From positions 1,376,001 through 1,440,000 of the forward strand of contig CBDCNP010000002.1 in NCBI GenBank assembly GCA_965219415.1: 64,000 bases of DNA, given 5' to 3'. A program made the position numbers and the translations under genes. Source of the DNA: Candidatus Marinacidobacterales bacterium. GTDB taxonomy: Bacteria; Acidobacteriota; Vicinamibacteria; Marinacidobacterales; DATDRI01. This document shows, piece by piece, positions 50,615 to 61,946 of the stretch (position 1 is its first letter; every line of letters starts with the position of its first letter). The notes below the pieces were generated by a model. It ran no database searches and was not told where the DNA came from. It worked only from the letters and a program-made list of their open reading frames with translations.

Positions 50615-52490
50615 TTGGCCAAAGTGACTCCAAGTAATGCCCTGCGAGCGGTCGCGCTCTTGCCTTGTTTGATCTCCGCGTTGGGGTGCAGCGGTTGCAA
50701 TGGTGCGGGCGACGGACCGTTCCCTCCTTTGTTTCTGGTCGAGCAGGTACCTTCCGATGTGAGCTATGGCGTCGTCCGGGCAGACCTACCGGCCCTGCGA
50801 GACCAAGGAGTCCCCTCCGCGCCCGTTACGCTTTACGATGACACCCGTCGCGCCCTCACTCCTCCCGTGCCCTCCCACTTGTCTTTCGTTGCCAAGCTCC
50901 CTCCTCGACCCGTCCTCCAGTTCGCCATCTCGGTGGCAACGCTTGGAAAGCCCACACGATGGTCTCCGGTGCGATTCAGGATCACGGTCAAGTCGGGCCA
51001 CGAGGAGGAAGTGATCTTCAGAGAGACCATCGAGCTGCCGCAACGAAATCAGTGGCTCGATCGAGGCGTTGACCTCGCGGCGTGGTCAGAGACCGAAGCC
51101 CAACTCCGTTTCGAGGTCCTCACCGACGACGACCCGGCGGCGCTTGTGGCAAACGACCCCGTCTTTCCGTTGTGGGGCAATCCGGTGGTATTCAGCAAGC
51201 ACAATCCCATCGAGCGCCCCCCCATCATTCTGATCTCGGTAGACTGTCTGAGACCGGATCACATGGGGCTCTACGGTTACCAACGCAACACCACTCCCCG
51301 ACTCGACGAGCTCGCGGAGGAAGCCTTTGTTTTCGAGAAAGCCACCGCCGCTTCCTCTTGGACGCTTCCCTCCCATATGTCCATGATGACCGGTCTCACG
51401 CCTTCTTTTCACGCGGTGAGCAGGGAACGAAAGCTCGGCCCGTCGATTGGATACCTACCCGAGCTCTTGTCGGAAGGCGGTTACGAAGCGATCGGTGTCG
51501 TCTCCGGTGCGTACCCCTCACCCAGCTTCGGCTTCGAGCGAGGCTTCCATAAATACCGGGTCCTCAAACGCTCCCGCGCCGCTCAGACCATCGACGTAGC
51601 CACCGCTTGGCTTGCAGAGGCACAGGGGCGGGACGTCTTTCTTTTCCTTCATCTATTCGATCCACACTGGCGCTATCTACCGCCGGACGGTTTCGTAGAG
51701 CTCTTTGGACCGCGGCCTGAAAACGTCGATGCTCTGCTGAGCACCGTAATCGACCGGGCACTACCCTCTGGACCAAAAGACATCGAACAGCTGGAGAATC
51801 TCTACGACGGCGAGATCGCCTATGTCGATCAGGAGCTGGGCCGTCTCCTCGACTGGCTCAAGCGACGGGGACTCTATGAGGCTTCCCTCATCATCATTAC
51901 CTCGGATCACGGCGAAGCCTTTTACGAACACGAGCACTGGCAGCACAGCGATACACTCTACGAGGAGATGATTCGCGTGCCGCTGTTGATCAAATGGCCC
52001 CGTGACGCGGCCGGCAATAGTGTGCCAACCCCCGTGAGTCATGTCGATCTCTTTTCGACGATTCTCGAAGCGGCCGGTCTGCCACCGGCTGGGTCTCGAG
52101 GAAGTAGCCTTGACCGCTACCGGAAAACGTCCTCACCCGCCGATAGCAGGCCGACGGTTAGTGAAGTGATCTGGTGGTTCGACGATCCAGTGGTGAAAAA
52201 GATCTCGCTTCGCTCCCGGGAGCTCAAGTACATCGCTACGTTCGAGGCGAGCGCGGACGATGACCTGACGATCGACAAGATTAGAAAAGAAGAGCTCTAT
52301 GATCTGGCGTAGGACCCAGGTGAAAAGAACGACTTGCAAACGCCCAGCCACATGCAGGCGTTTCGAAGACAGCTTCAGGCGCATCTCGAAAGCGCCCGGG
52401 AGTTTCGAGCCGATCGCGAGCGGGGCAACCGGGTCGTCATCGACGAAGACGTGCGGGAGCAACTGAGGGCGCTGGGGATACCTTCAATGA
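50615..52490 (+). pseudogene. Sulfatase-fold lipoprotein paralog 2; in-frame TAG at 52310 and a +1 indel near 52478
   Basis: Lipobox ALGC, VDCLRPDH, WTLPSH, DHGE. LYDLA*DPGEKNDL continues in frame, and removing one G restores LRALGYLQ-TGA (52488-52490). Confidence 0.8.
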
Positions 52491-54343
52491 CCAGGCTGGC
52501 GGCGCGACTCTTTCTGCTGTCAAGCATCGTTTCCAGTTGCGCGTCACCTCTCCCGTCACCTCCGGCACCGGTTCTCTTCGCTCGGCAAGTCGACGAGGCG
52601 GAAAAAAACTACGATCAGAATCTCTTTCTTTCCTATCGCAAGGACGGCCTCCTTTCTGCTCCGGTAACGCTCGGGAAAGAGACACGGCTCTCCCTGACAC
52701 CCCCGTTGCCCTCACGTCTCACCTTCACCGTCCAGGTTCCGACCGAGGCTCTCCTCGAGTTCTCGATCGGTGTCTCCACACTTGGGGAAGAGACTTTCAG
52801 CAACCCCGTCCAATTCGCAATCTACGTAGACGAGGAGGTTCGCTTCGAGCAGGCGGTTCGGCGCGGCCAACCGAACGCCTGGCTCCAGCAAACCGTAGAC
52901 CTGTCGGAATGGGCGGGAAAAACGATTCGACTCGGATTCGAAACCGTTGCACGCGGGATGAGTCCCGAGGGCGTAGGCAGAGCGTTTCTTCCCGCTTGGG
53001 GGAATCCCGTGCTGAGCGGCTCCCCGCCAGACATTTCAAACATGTCGGGCAAGGAGAGAGCGAATCTCGTCCTGATCTCAGTAGATTGCCTGAGGGCGGA
53101 CCACGTAAGTGCCTACGGATACGAGAGGACTACCACCCCCAACATCGATCGATTCGCCACCGACGGAGTCCTCTTTCGAAACGCGGCGAGCGTTTCCTCC
53201 TGGACGCTACCGACCCATATGTCCATGATGACCGGCCTGATGCCCTCCCTCCACGGAGCCAGTCGGGCGTATAAGCTCAGCTCGTCCGTTCCCTACCTTC
53301 CCGAGATACTCGCTGAGAACGGGTACCAGACGCTCGGCGTCGCTTCGGGAGGCTACGTATCGCCGGCTTGGGGTTTCGAGCGAGGCTTCGATGTCTACCG
53401 CATGCTGACCGATCGCCGCGCCCGCGAGGTCGTCGATGCCGCGCTCCAGCTGGGCACTGCTTCAAGGGCTTCACGAACGTCGAGACAATTCTTGTTCGTA
53501 CACCTATTCGATGCCCACTGGCCGTATCTTCCGCCGAGCGAGTTCTTGGATCGGTTCGCCCCGCGCCCCCCGGACATCTCCGATATCATGCCCAAAGTGA
53601 TCCACCGGAAGCCACCTACCGGACCCGAGGAGATCCAGCACTTCGTGAACCTCTATGACGGGGAGATCGCGTACCTCGATCAGGAGTTGGGAAGATTCTT
53701 CTCGGGCCTGAAAGAGGCAGGGCTCTACGACCGATCTCTGATCGTCCTCACCGCCGACCATGGAGAGTCATTCTACGAACACGACGTCTGGCAGCACAGC
53801 GAATCGCTGTTCGAGGAAGTGACCCACATCCCGTTGATCGTGAAATGGCCACGCAACTCTATCACTGGTGATGTGGAGAGCTTGGTGAGTCAGCTCAACA
53901 TCTTCCCGACGATTCTCGAACAATCGGAGCTCGTTCCTCCTTACGACTATCTACCGCTCGGTCGATTCCTGGGTGACAGTCCGGCCCCGCCCGTACACGC
54001 CTTGAGCGAGATCACGTGGGATGCCAAAGAGGGCCAGGGAGCCGCCATGAGGATTGCGGTAAAGAACGGCAGGCTCAAATACATGCTGACCCTCGCCGGG
54101 GAGATCGGAGACGAGCGGTTCGTCTCGGAAGTCGTGAAGGAGGAGCTCTACGATCTAACGAAAGACCGCGAAGAGCAGATGAACCTCCTCCCGGACGCCG
54201 CGTCTGACATCGGTGCGTTACGCCGCGACGCCCGGGAGCTGCTCGAAAGAGCGAGAGCCCTCCAAGCAAATCGAGGTGGCCAGGAAGTGATCCTGGACGA
54301 GGAGCTGACCGAGCATCTCAAGGCCCTGGGGTACATCAATTAG
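52487..54343 (+). CDS. Sulfatase-fold lipoprotein paralog 3
   Basis: True start ATG 52487 (MTRLAARLFLLSSIVSSC, ATGA overlap); VDCLRADH, WTLPTH, DHGE, LKALGYIN. Confidence 0.85.
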   Translation: MTRLAARLFLLSSIVSSCASPLPSPPAPVLFARQVDEAEKNYDQNLFLSYRKDGLLSAPVTLGKETRLSLTPPLPSRLTFTVQVPTEALLEFSIGVSTLGEETFSNPVQFAIYVDEEVRFEQAVRRGQPNAWLQQTVDLSEWAGKTIRLGFETVARGMSPEGVGRAFLPAWGNPVLSGSPPDISNMSGKERANLVLISVDCLRADHVSAYGYERTTTPNIDRFATDGVLFRNAASVSSWTLPTHMSMMTGLMPSLHGASRAYKLSSSVPYLPEILAENGYQTLGVASGGYVSPAWGFERGFDVYRMLTDRRAREVVDAALQLGTASRASRTSRQFLFVHLFDAHWPYLPPSEFLDRFAPRPPDISDIMPKVIHRKPPTGPEEIQHFVNLYDGEIAYLDQELGRFFSGLKEAGLYDRSLIVLTADHGESFYEHDVWQHSESLFEEVTHIPLIVKWPRNSITGDVESLVSQLNIFPTILEQSELVPPYDYLPLGRFLGDSPAPPVHALSEITWDAKEGQGAAMRIAVKNGRLKYMLTLAGEIGDERFVSEVVKEELYDLTKDREEQMNLLPDAASDIGALRRDARELLERARALQANRGGQEVILDEELTEHLKALGYIN

Positions 54344-54354
54344 GCCCATCCAGC

Positions 54355-55953
54355 ATGATCGTTTTGCGACGACTCTCTCGAATCCCCATCGTTTTGGTTT
54401 CCCTTCTCGCCCACGCCTGCTCACAACCCGCTTCCGAAAAAACGACTAGCTACCCTTTCGTCGACAATGTGGATCAGGCAGAAGCCACCTTCGATCGCGT
54501 TCAGTTCCGCTCGGCTCGCAAGGACGCTCGACTTTCGTCCCCGGTTACGCTGGGCGGCGAGACCCAGTCGTCCCTAACGCCGCCCCTTCCCTCCCGGCTG
54601 GCCTACGAGGTCGAGATACCCTCCGACCCGACCCTTCTCTTTTCCATTGGGGCTAGCCCCTTGGGCGAAGGTCCCCTCGCCGCGAAAGTCGACTTCCTCG
54701 TCTATGTAGACTCCGGGGCGGGCGAAGAGCTTGTTTTCTCGGAAACCCTCGAGCGTCACCAGCCGAACGAGTGGAGGGAGGCGGCAGCCGACTTGCACCC
54801 CTGGTCGGGAGAGACGGTGAAGCTCGTCTTCGAGACCAAGCCGCGCCTCGAGGAGCTTCCGTCGGTGCAAGTCCCGATCTTGGCGGCTTGGGGGAATCCA
54901 GTGCTCGCGAGCACCGCTGCCGAACCGGAGCGACCGAACCTCATCCTCATATCCATCGACTGCCTTCGCCCCGACCACATGGGCGCCTACGGCTACCAGC
55001 GTGACACCACGCCCAACATCGACCGTTTCGCCGAAGACGGTGTCGTGTTCGAGACCGCGGCGGCCACGTCGTCGCAGAGTCATTTCTTATTCATGCACTT
55101 GTTGGATCCGCATTGGCCGTATCTTCCGCCGCGCGAGTTCATCGAGCGGTTCGGCGCCCGCCCGAGGGACATCTCCGACCTACAGGACCTAATCGCTCAC
55201 TCCAAGCCTCCACCTAGCGACAGGGAAACCCAGGAGATCATTCAGCTCTACGATGGCGAAATTGCGTATACCGACCAAGAGCTGGGACGTTTCTTCGCGG
55301 AGCTCAAGATGCTCGGACTCTACGAGGATTCGATGATCATCGTCACCGCCGACCATGGGGAAGCTTTCTACGAGCATGGTCACTGGCAACACAGCCAAAC
55401 CCTATACGACGAAGTCGTTCGGATTCCCCTGATCGTCAAATGGCCGGGCGGTGGGGCCGGCTCGCGCGTCGCGAGCCTGGTGAGTCAGGTGGACATCTTC
55501 CCGTCCTTACTCGAAGCGGCCGGAATCGAACCGCCGCCGACCGAGGCGGTGGACCTTACACTGGTGATCGATGGAGACGCGGACCCGGAGGGCCGAACCG
55601 CGATCAGTGAGGTGACGTGGAGGTCACCTCGGGAAACATCTATGAAGATTGCGTTTCGGACGGCGAGCTCGAAGTTCGTCGTCACCCTCTCGGGCCCGTC
55701 TTCGTTGGACGGGGGCGATGACCTCGGTGTGTCCGAGGTCGAAGACGAGGAGCTTTATGATCTCTTGAAGGATCCCCGCGAACAGAACAACCTGCTCACC
55801 AAGACTTCGCGGGATCTTGGTGAGTTTCATAGTAGGATGCGCTCCTTTCTGGACACCGCGCGAGGGATCCGAACCACCCGCCAAGGGCAGCAAGTCGAGC
55901 TAGATGAGGAAGTACTGGAACGGTTGCGCTCACTTGGGTACGTCGACCACTAG
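54355..55953 (+). CDS. Sulfatase-fold lipoprotein paralog 4 with an in-frame deletion of the active-site segment
   Basis: Lipobox AHAC, IDCLRPDH. FETAAATSS joins directly to QSHFLFMHLLD, lacking about 90 aa including WTLPxH. Ends LRSLGYVDH. Confidence 0.8.
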   Translation: MIVLRRLSRIPIVLVSLLAHACSQPASEKTTSYPFVDNVDQAEATFDRVQFRSARKDARLSSPVTLGGETQSSLTPPLPSRLAYEVEIPSDPTLLFSIGASPLGEGPLAAKVDFLVYVDSGAGEELVFSETLERHQPNEWREAAADLHPWSGETVKLVFETKPRLEELPSVQVPILAAWGNPVLASTAAEPERPNLILISIDCLRPDHMGAYGYQRDTTPNIDRFAEDGVVFETAAATSSQSHFLFMHLLDPHWPYLPPREFIERFGARPRDISDLQDLIAHSKPPPSDRETQEIIQLYDGEIAYTDQELGRFFAELKMLGLYEDSMIIVTADHGEAFYEHGHWQHSQTLYDEVVRIPLIVKWPGGGAGSRVASLVSQVDIFPSLLEAAGIEPPPTEAVDLTLVIDGDADPEGRTAISEVTWRSPRETSMKIAFRTASSKFVVTLSGPSSLDGGDDLGVSEVEDEELYDLLKDPREQNNLLTKTSRDLGEFHSRMRSFLDTARGIRTTRQGQQVELDEEVLERLRSLGYVDH

Positions 55954-56168
55954 ACCACCAGATTTAGCCCATGGGGATTGCAAATTGATACGGGATTTCC
56001 CCTACAAGACTTTGGACCTAGCCTTCCAATTTTTGACTCGCATCAACGGACTCCGGGGTACACATCTACCCGTATATATCTGAACAGTGATGAGTTATGC
56101 TGCCGATCTCCGTTCCACCTTGCGGGACTTCCGGCGAGGTGATAACCTGTTGTCCTAGCCTTTTAAAA

Positions 56169-57138
56169 GGGGAATTATATACAGTAGTGACGAAAACCCC
56201 TTGATGTGGTCGGCTGGATCGCCTGACCTACAAAATTACTCGCGGCGTGTGGCACCGCCTGAAAGCAACGCTTCAGCCACCTCTAGCGGCGTAGCATTAA
56301 TGCTCATGTCGGCCTCAAGCTCAGCCTTGATGGCCTGGGGGTGCTCACGAATACCGATTCGGAGGTTGCAAGTTTCAAGATATCAAGTCTTTGTAGCGTA
56401 GCCTCTTCCCGCTCATGCCTCGCACCATGGCTTCCATCTGGTCGATGGTATCGGATTCTCGGATATTGTGGCGTCGCTCGAACTCGCTAACGTACCTGCC
56501 CAGGCGCTTCGGGCTAATCCGGCGGTACGTGCCATAGTAACCCCTTTTGAGCAAGGCCCAAAAGGACTCAATCCCGTTCGTGTGGGCCTGCCCGTTGACG
56601 TATTCCTTCACTGAGTGGCGGACGGTCTGGTGGTTCGGCAGCCCGAAGTATCCGCCGTGGTCGTCGGTGTAGACGCGAGCGCCGGGCTCGATTTCCTGGA
56701 AGATGAAGCCATGGAGGGTCGGCTGGTCGACGTTCTCAACGACAGCGGCACTCACGCGGTTCGTCTTGCGGTCCTTCGCTCCGATAACGGCGGTCTTACC
56801 TACGGTGCCGCGGCCCGCGTTCAGCTTCTTACGGGCGTGCTTGTTCTTCTCTTTGCCGCCGATGAAAGTCTCGTCCACTTCGACGGGGCCTGAGAATGGC
56901 GACTGCTTCCGCTTCATCGCCTCGCGGATGCGGTGAGATAGATGCCATGCTGACTTTTGCGTGATCTCCAGGTCGCGGTGGAGTTTCATGCTGGAGACGC
57001 CCTTGAGGTTTGTAGTCAGAAGGTATATTGCGATCGCCCACTTCTTGTAGCCTACGTTTGAAGCCTGCATGGGGGTTCCGGTGCGGACGCTGAATCTCTT
57101 TGCGCACTCCCGCTCTCGGCAGAGGTATGGCATGGTAA
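56169..57138 (-). mobile_element. IS1595-family element, transposase 5'-truncated
   Basis: C...C.KRFSVRTGT, KGVSSMKL, VEVDETFIGG, VYTD, HTNGIESFW, RLRYKDL (stop 56375). End-like GGGGAATTATATAC at 56169. First half of the Zn ribbon is missing. Confidence 0.88.
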
Positions 57139-60100
57139 GCGGAGCATCCACTTCTGTTTTTTCGCGATGATTCTTGTGGCTCAACACGTGAGCCTGGGGA
57201 GCTTGTTCGCACAGGAGCTTCCTCCCGGACTAATCCTCAACCCGACGGGCTCCCAAAAATCTTCCGGTGTTGCATGGAACTCGATACGTAAAGAGTACAT
57301 GCTGATTTTTCACGGCAACGATGTACGCGTGAGACGCATGGATACGGACGGAATCCTCCTCGGCAGCAACAACATCAGTATTTCGGGCAATGTTGGGTAT
57401 CAACTCCGTCGGGATCGAATACAACCCAGTAGAAGACGGCTACATCGCCGGGTACCGAGATAGCAACGATGATATCTACATTCGGCACTTATCGTGGGAC
57501 GGTCAACCCCTTAGCGGTCCCTTCTTCGTAGGAAGCGGTGGATCGTTCGGCGGCGGCGGCGGCGGTGCCCTAAGCGTGACCAGTCAAAGGGTTCTGATCG
57601 TCTGGAGAAAGGGCCCGGCGCCCGTCAAGGTCAAGTACGCGCTCATGGACGCCGATCCAACTACTGCCAATCCGCGACTTGCCACGGGCACCCTTGTAAC
57701 CGGAGACGGACCGGCGGTCGACTGGAACCCCAACCAACGACACATTCTTAGTTGCTTATGTGGTTGATGGAGGAGCCGCCAAAGAGGAGGTCAGCGGGAA
57801 GATTCTGAGCATCGTCAACGACAACGTTAGTGGTGGCGGAAATTTTGCTATTGCTCACGGCAATAAGTCCCAAACGAAACCCGAGGTCGCCTACTCGTCC
57901 TCCACTAATAGCTTCCTCGTCACCCTGGAAGACCGTCGCAACAACGCCTCCCAAAACGCCAACGTGACCGGCCAGCTGGTCAGCGCAACAGGAAGCAAGA
58001 TCGGAGGCCGATTCAACATCGTCGCCAATGGCTCCAATATATGGGATGTCCCGGGCCCCATCGATTACAGCTAAGTCACCGGGAAGTTCATCGTTACCGC
58101 CTTTTATGCCACCAAGGGTGTGGCGGTAGAGGTCGACCCTGAGACTGCAGCGGTCGGACCTGAAATCGTCTTTGGGTTCAAACCAACACAACCCGGTTGG
58201 CATCACGACGAATGACGACCCTGGTGACCCGCAGGCGGTCGTCATGTCAAAAGTCAACTTGGGAGGGGATGGCGTCCATGTCCACATCATCGATCTCCCC
58301 ACGGCGCCGCCGACCTTTACCACCAACAATACGGTGGACGGTTTCTTCGGCGTTCCTTACCTGGAGATGCTTCCGGTGGCGGGCGGGACACCGCCTCTCT
58401 TTTTCGAGAAGCTGAGCGGTAGCTACGCACCAGGAATCACCATTTTGAACAGCGCGACCGGTGAGGTCTCGGGCACGCCGACAACGCTCGGTTCTTTTGG
58501 TCCGATCCGATTCAAAGTGACGGACGACGAAGGCCGAACAGCGGAGGCCGACCTGTTTCACAACATCAAGCTGGGCGTGCCTCTTCTCTTGTCGCCCGTT
58601 GCTGGAGCCACTTCCGACACCACGCCGATAATCGACTGGGGCTCCGTGCCCGGCGCCACCAGCTACCGGTTGGTAGTGGAGAACATTACCAGCGGAGGCA
58701 CCCCAATCGACGTAGACATCAATAGCCCGACGACCTTCTTCATACCAGGGACAGCGTTACCGTCGGGTAGTCTGTACCAGTGGAAGGTTCAGGCCAAGGA
58801 CGGAGGCACCGTAGGCGCTTTTTCGAACTACGCGACGTTCGAGATCGACACACTGATCCCGCCCCCGGTGGCGCTCCAGGCAGCCGTTCCCTCGGGCATC
58901 TCGGTGATCCCGGGTCTCACCGTTATCAGCGCCTCCAGCGAATGGACCAGCAACGGAGGCGCCAAAGAGAACATCGTCGATGGTGACATCGACACCAAGT
59001 GGCAGAGTACTTCCAAGAACAGCGTCACCACCGAGTTCGTCACTATCGACCTCGGAGGCACGTTCCCGGTGGCCCAGTTCCGCCTCCATATGCCGAACAA
59101 TTCGAACGTGGCGATGTTCCCGAAGGGTTTTTCGCTCCAAGTCAGCGATCAACCCGACGCGAACTTCACGACGGTACACACGGAAGCGAACTTCGTCGCG
59201 CAACAGGGTATGTGGTACGACTTCGATGCAGCTCCGGTCGTGTCCGGCCGATATGTGAGGATCTGGATCACCGACACGAACTTCTACGTCAACAAGTTTC
59301 CGCACAATGCTCTGATCGCAGAAGTCGAGGTGCTGGCAGACAACCCGGTCTTTGGGACCATATCGTTTAGCTGGGAAGCTCCCACCGACGACGCCGGCGG
59401 CGGCACGGAGCCGGTGGCTGCCTACGACCTTCGTATCATGGAAGGCGGCCCCGGGGTGTACAACTACTTTTCGGCCCAAGCCTTGATCATCGAGACAAAT
59501 GAACCCATTCCGGTACTCAACGCGACCCAAACATTTCTTGTTGAGGGTTTGAACGACGAGACGCTCCACACCGCAGCACTCACGAGCGTCGATGATGCGG
59601 GTAACCGCTCGGCCCTGTCCAACTTCGTGACCATCGCGACGCGAGGGATTCCACCGGCCGCCATCACGAGTCTGCGCGCATTCGGTCCTACCAAGACGAG
59701 CATGGAGTTGGATTGGGACGCTCCGACCGAAGACGGTCCTGCCGGCGGGAAGGTCACGTCGTATGAGGTGCGCTATTCGGAATCTCCCATTACGACCTCA
59801 AACCTCGGCGAGTTGGTGACGGACGAGACGCCCCCCACCCCCGCAAACCCCGGGACGACTCAGTCGATGACGGTCAATAATCTCGACCCGACGACGCACT
59901 ACTACTTCTCAATCATCAGCCGGGACGATGCATTGCAGCCATCGCCCCTTTCCAACATCGCGGAATTGGCGACACTCGATGACACTCCGCCGGCAGCGAT
60001 CACCGACTTACTGGGTATTTCTGGAGGAGGAGTGTTCACCGAGATCACGTCCCTGACCGCGGTCAACTCCTCGGGATTCATACCCGGTTTCAATGAAAAA

Positions 60101-61879
60101 CAAGGCGGTAGACGACGATGGGAGCACCTATTGGTCTTCCCCGGGTGTCAAGCCAACGCGGATCGAGTACCATCACGGTCGACAACGGGTCGCCAGTCGA
60201 TGTGGGGCGCGTACGTCTTCTCTCGAGCACGCAAAGTTCGCTCCTTTTCGCGAAGTCTTTCGAGATTCTGGTGGGTAATGATCCGAACAACAACTTCACC
60301 ACCGGCCTAACGGTCTCGAATTTCGTGGCCGAATCCGCTACCTGGTACTCTTTTGACCTTCCGGTTCCCATCAATGGTCGCTACGTGAGAATACGCATCA
60401 CCGAGATGAATGCGTACACCAACTCCAAGTTCTATGCCCAATTCAGTGAAATCGAGGTCTTCAAGCTGGACGCGGTGGCCGATGGTGTCATGCTTCTATG
60501 GACGGCTCCCGGAAACAATGGGAACCAAGGGCAAGCCACCAAGTACCACGTCAAGTACGCGTCCACCGAGATCTTGAACGACAATGACTTCAATAACGCG
60601 ACGGCGGTTCCCGACGGAATGGTCCCTGCGCCTCAACCGGCCGGCTTTCCCGAGAGCTTGAACATCACCGGCTTGGGCCCGGAAGAAGTGATCTGGGCGG
60701 CCATCAAGGCTGAAGATGGCAACTCGAACGTTGGGCCTCTCTCCAATGTCGTCAAGGTGTCCACAGAGGGCATCAACCCGGGACCAGTAACCAACCTGCT
60801 GGTCTTGCCCGCCCAGGCCACCGGCAGCTCCATCAGGATCCAGTTCACGGAACCGCCCGATGATGCCGGCGACAATGGGTCCGGACCAGTCGATCATTAC
60901 CAAGTGGGATGCTCTACCGGCCCCATCAACGGCGTCGCTGATTTCCGACTACTCCCGTTCGCCGACCCCGGTCCTACACCTGTCGCTGCCGGCAATACCC
61001 TGCAGTTCGACATTCCCGGGCTGGCGAACCAAACCGCCTACAACTGCGCGGTTCGGGCGGTGGACGATGCCGACTTGTTTTCCGCTCTTGGCGCCGTGGT
61101 CTCGGGAAGCAACGATCGACGAATTGCCTCCCGCTCAAGTGTCGAATCTCAACGTGGACGTCGTCATCATGTCGCTGAACCTCAGTGTGGAGAACTCCTC
61201 TGGGGCTTTAACACCGGAGTCCAACGCGTTGGACGGCGACCCGGCAACTGCTTGGATCTCGCCCGGTGTCAAGCCCCACCGCGAGGAATGGCTCACGGTC
61301 GATCTGGGTTCGGTAGTCACGGTGGCCCAGGTGCGTTTGCAATCAAACAACCAGAGCCCCCTTCATTTCCCTAAGTCGTTCAAGATCCAAGTGGGCAACA
61401 ACCCGAACGGTCCGTTTACCGATGCGCTTATTGTCACCAACTTCGTGGCCACTCTCTCCACGTGGTACACCTTCAACGTGACTCCAACCTCGGGTCGTTA
61501 CGTCAGGATCCGTGCCACCGAGGTGAACGAGTATACGAACGGGAAGTTCTACGCATCGTTTGCCGAGGTAGAGGTGGCGGAGCAGGGAGGACCGGCTATC
61601 GAAGCCACGCTCACATGGACCGCTCCGGCCGACGATGGGTCGGTGGGCGGTCCCGCGACCTCTTACGAGATTCGCATGGCCACGTCGGTGATCAACGCAG
61701 GCAACTTCGGAGGAGCGAACTTGGTGGCCACCGGGCTGGTACCGCAGGCTCCCGGCTCACCGGAGGCCTTCGTCATCACCAGCGGCATCGTATCTGGACA
61801 AACCAACTGGTTCGCCATCGAGACCAAGGATGATGCCGGGCTCAGCTCGCTCAGCGTGATATCGGCCGCCGTACCCTAG
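57137..61879 (+). pseudogene. Large secreted surface protein (about 1,570 aa): propeller-like N-terminus, Ig-like domains, five Fn3 repeats, three discoidin/CBM32 domains; split into fragments
   Basis: Six consecutive plus-strand ORFs join via frameshifts (about 57395, 57745, 60095-60165, 61110) and TAA 58072. Signal-like KRSIHFCFFAMILV..LFA; repeated DGD..T.W.S, GRYVRI, AEVEV; repeated PPAAITxL, WxAP.DD. Confidence 0.8.
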
Positions 61880-61946
61880 GCGTCACAAGAACGCGCGGGC
61901 TCTTGCGGATTATCGTCCGCAAGAGCCTGCCCATTTCTTGGGCGAC

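Noticed and set aside
52310-52312. In-frame TAG as pyrrolysine or amber readthrough
   Set aside because: It falls at a variable position of LYDLxxDPGE, the same gene has an indel, no pyl genes are visible, and TAG is a normal stop elsewhere.
52334-52486. N-terminal extension of the 669-aa ORF as a real fusion
   Set aside because: It is the C-terminal tail of paralog 2 joined by a one-base indel. The signal peptide of paralog 3 starts at 52487.
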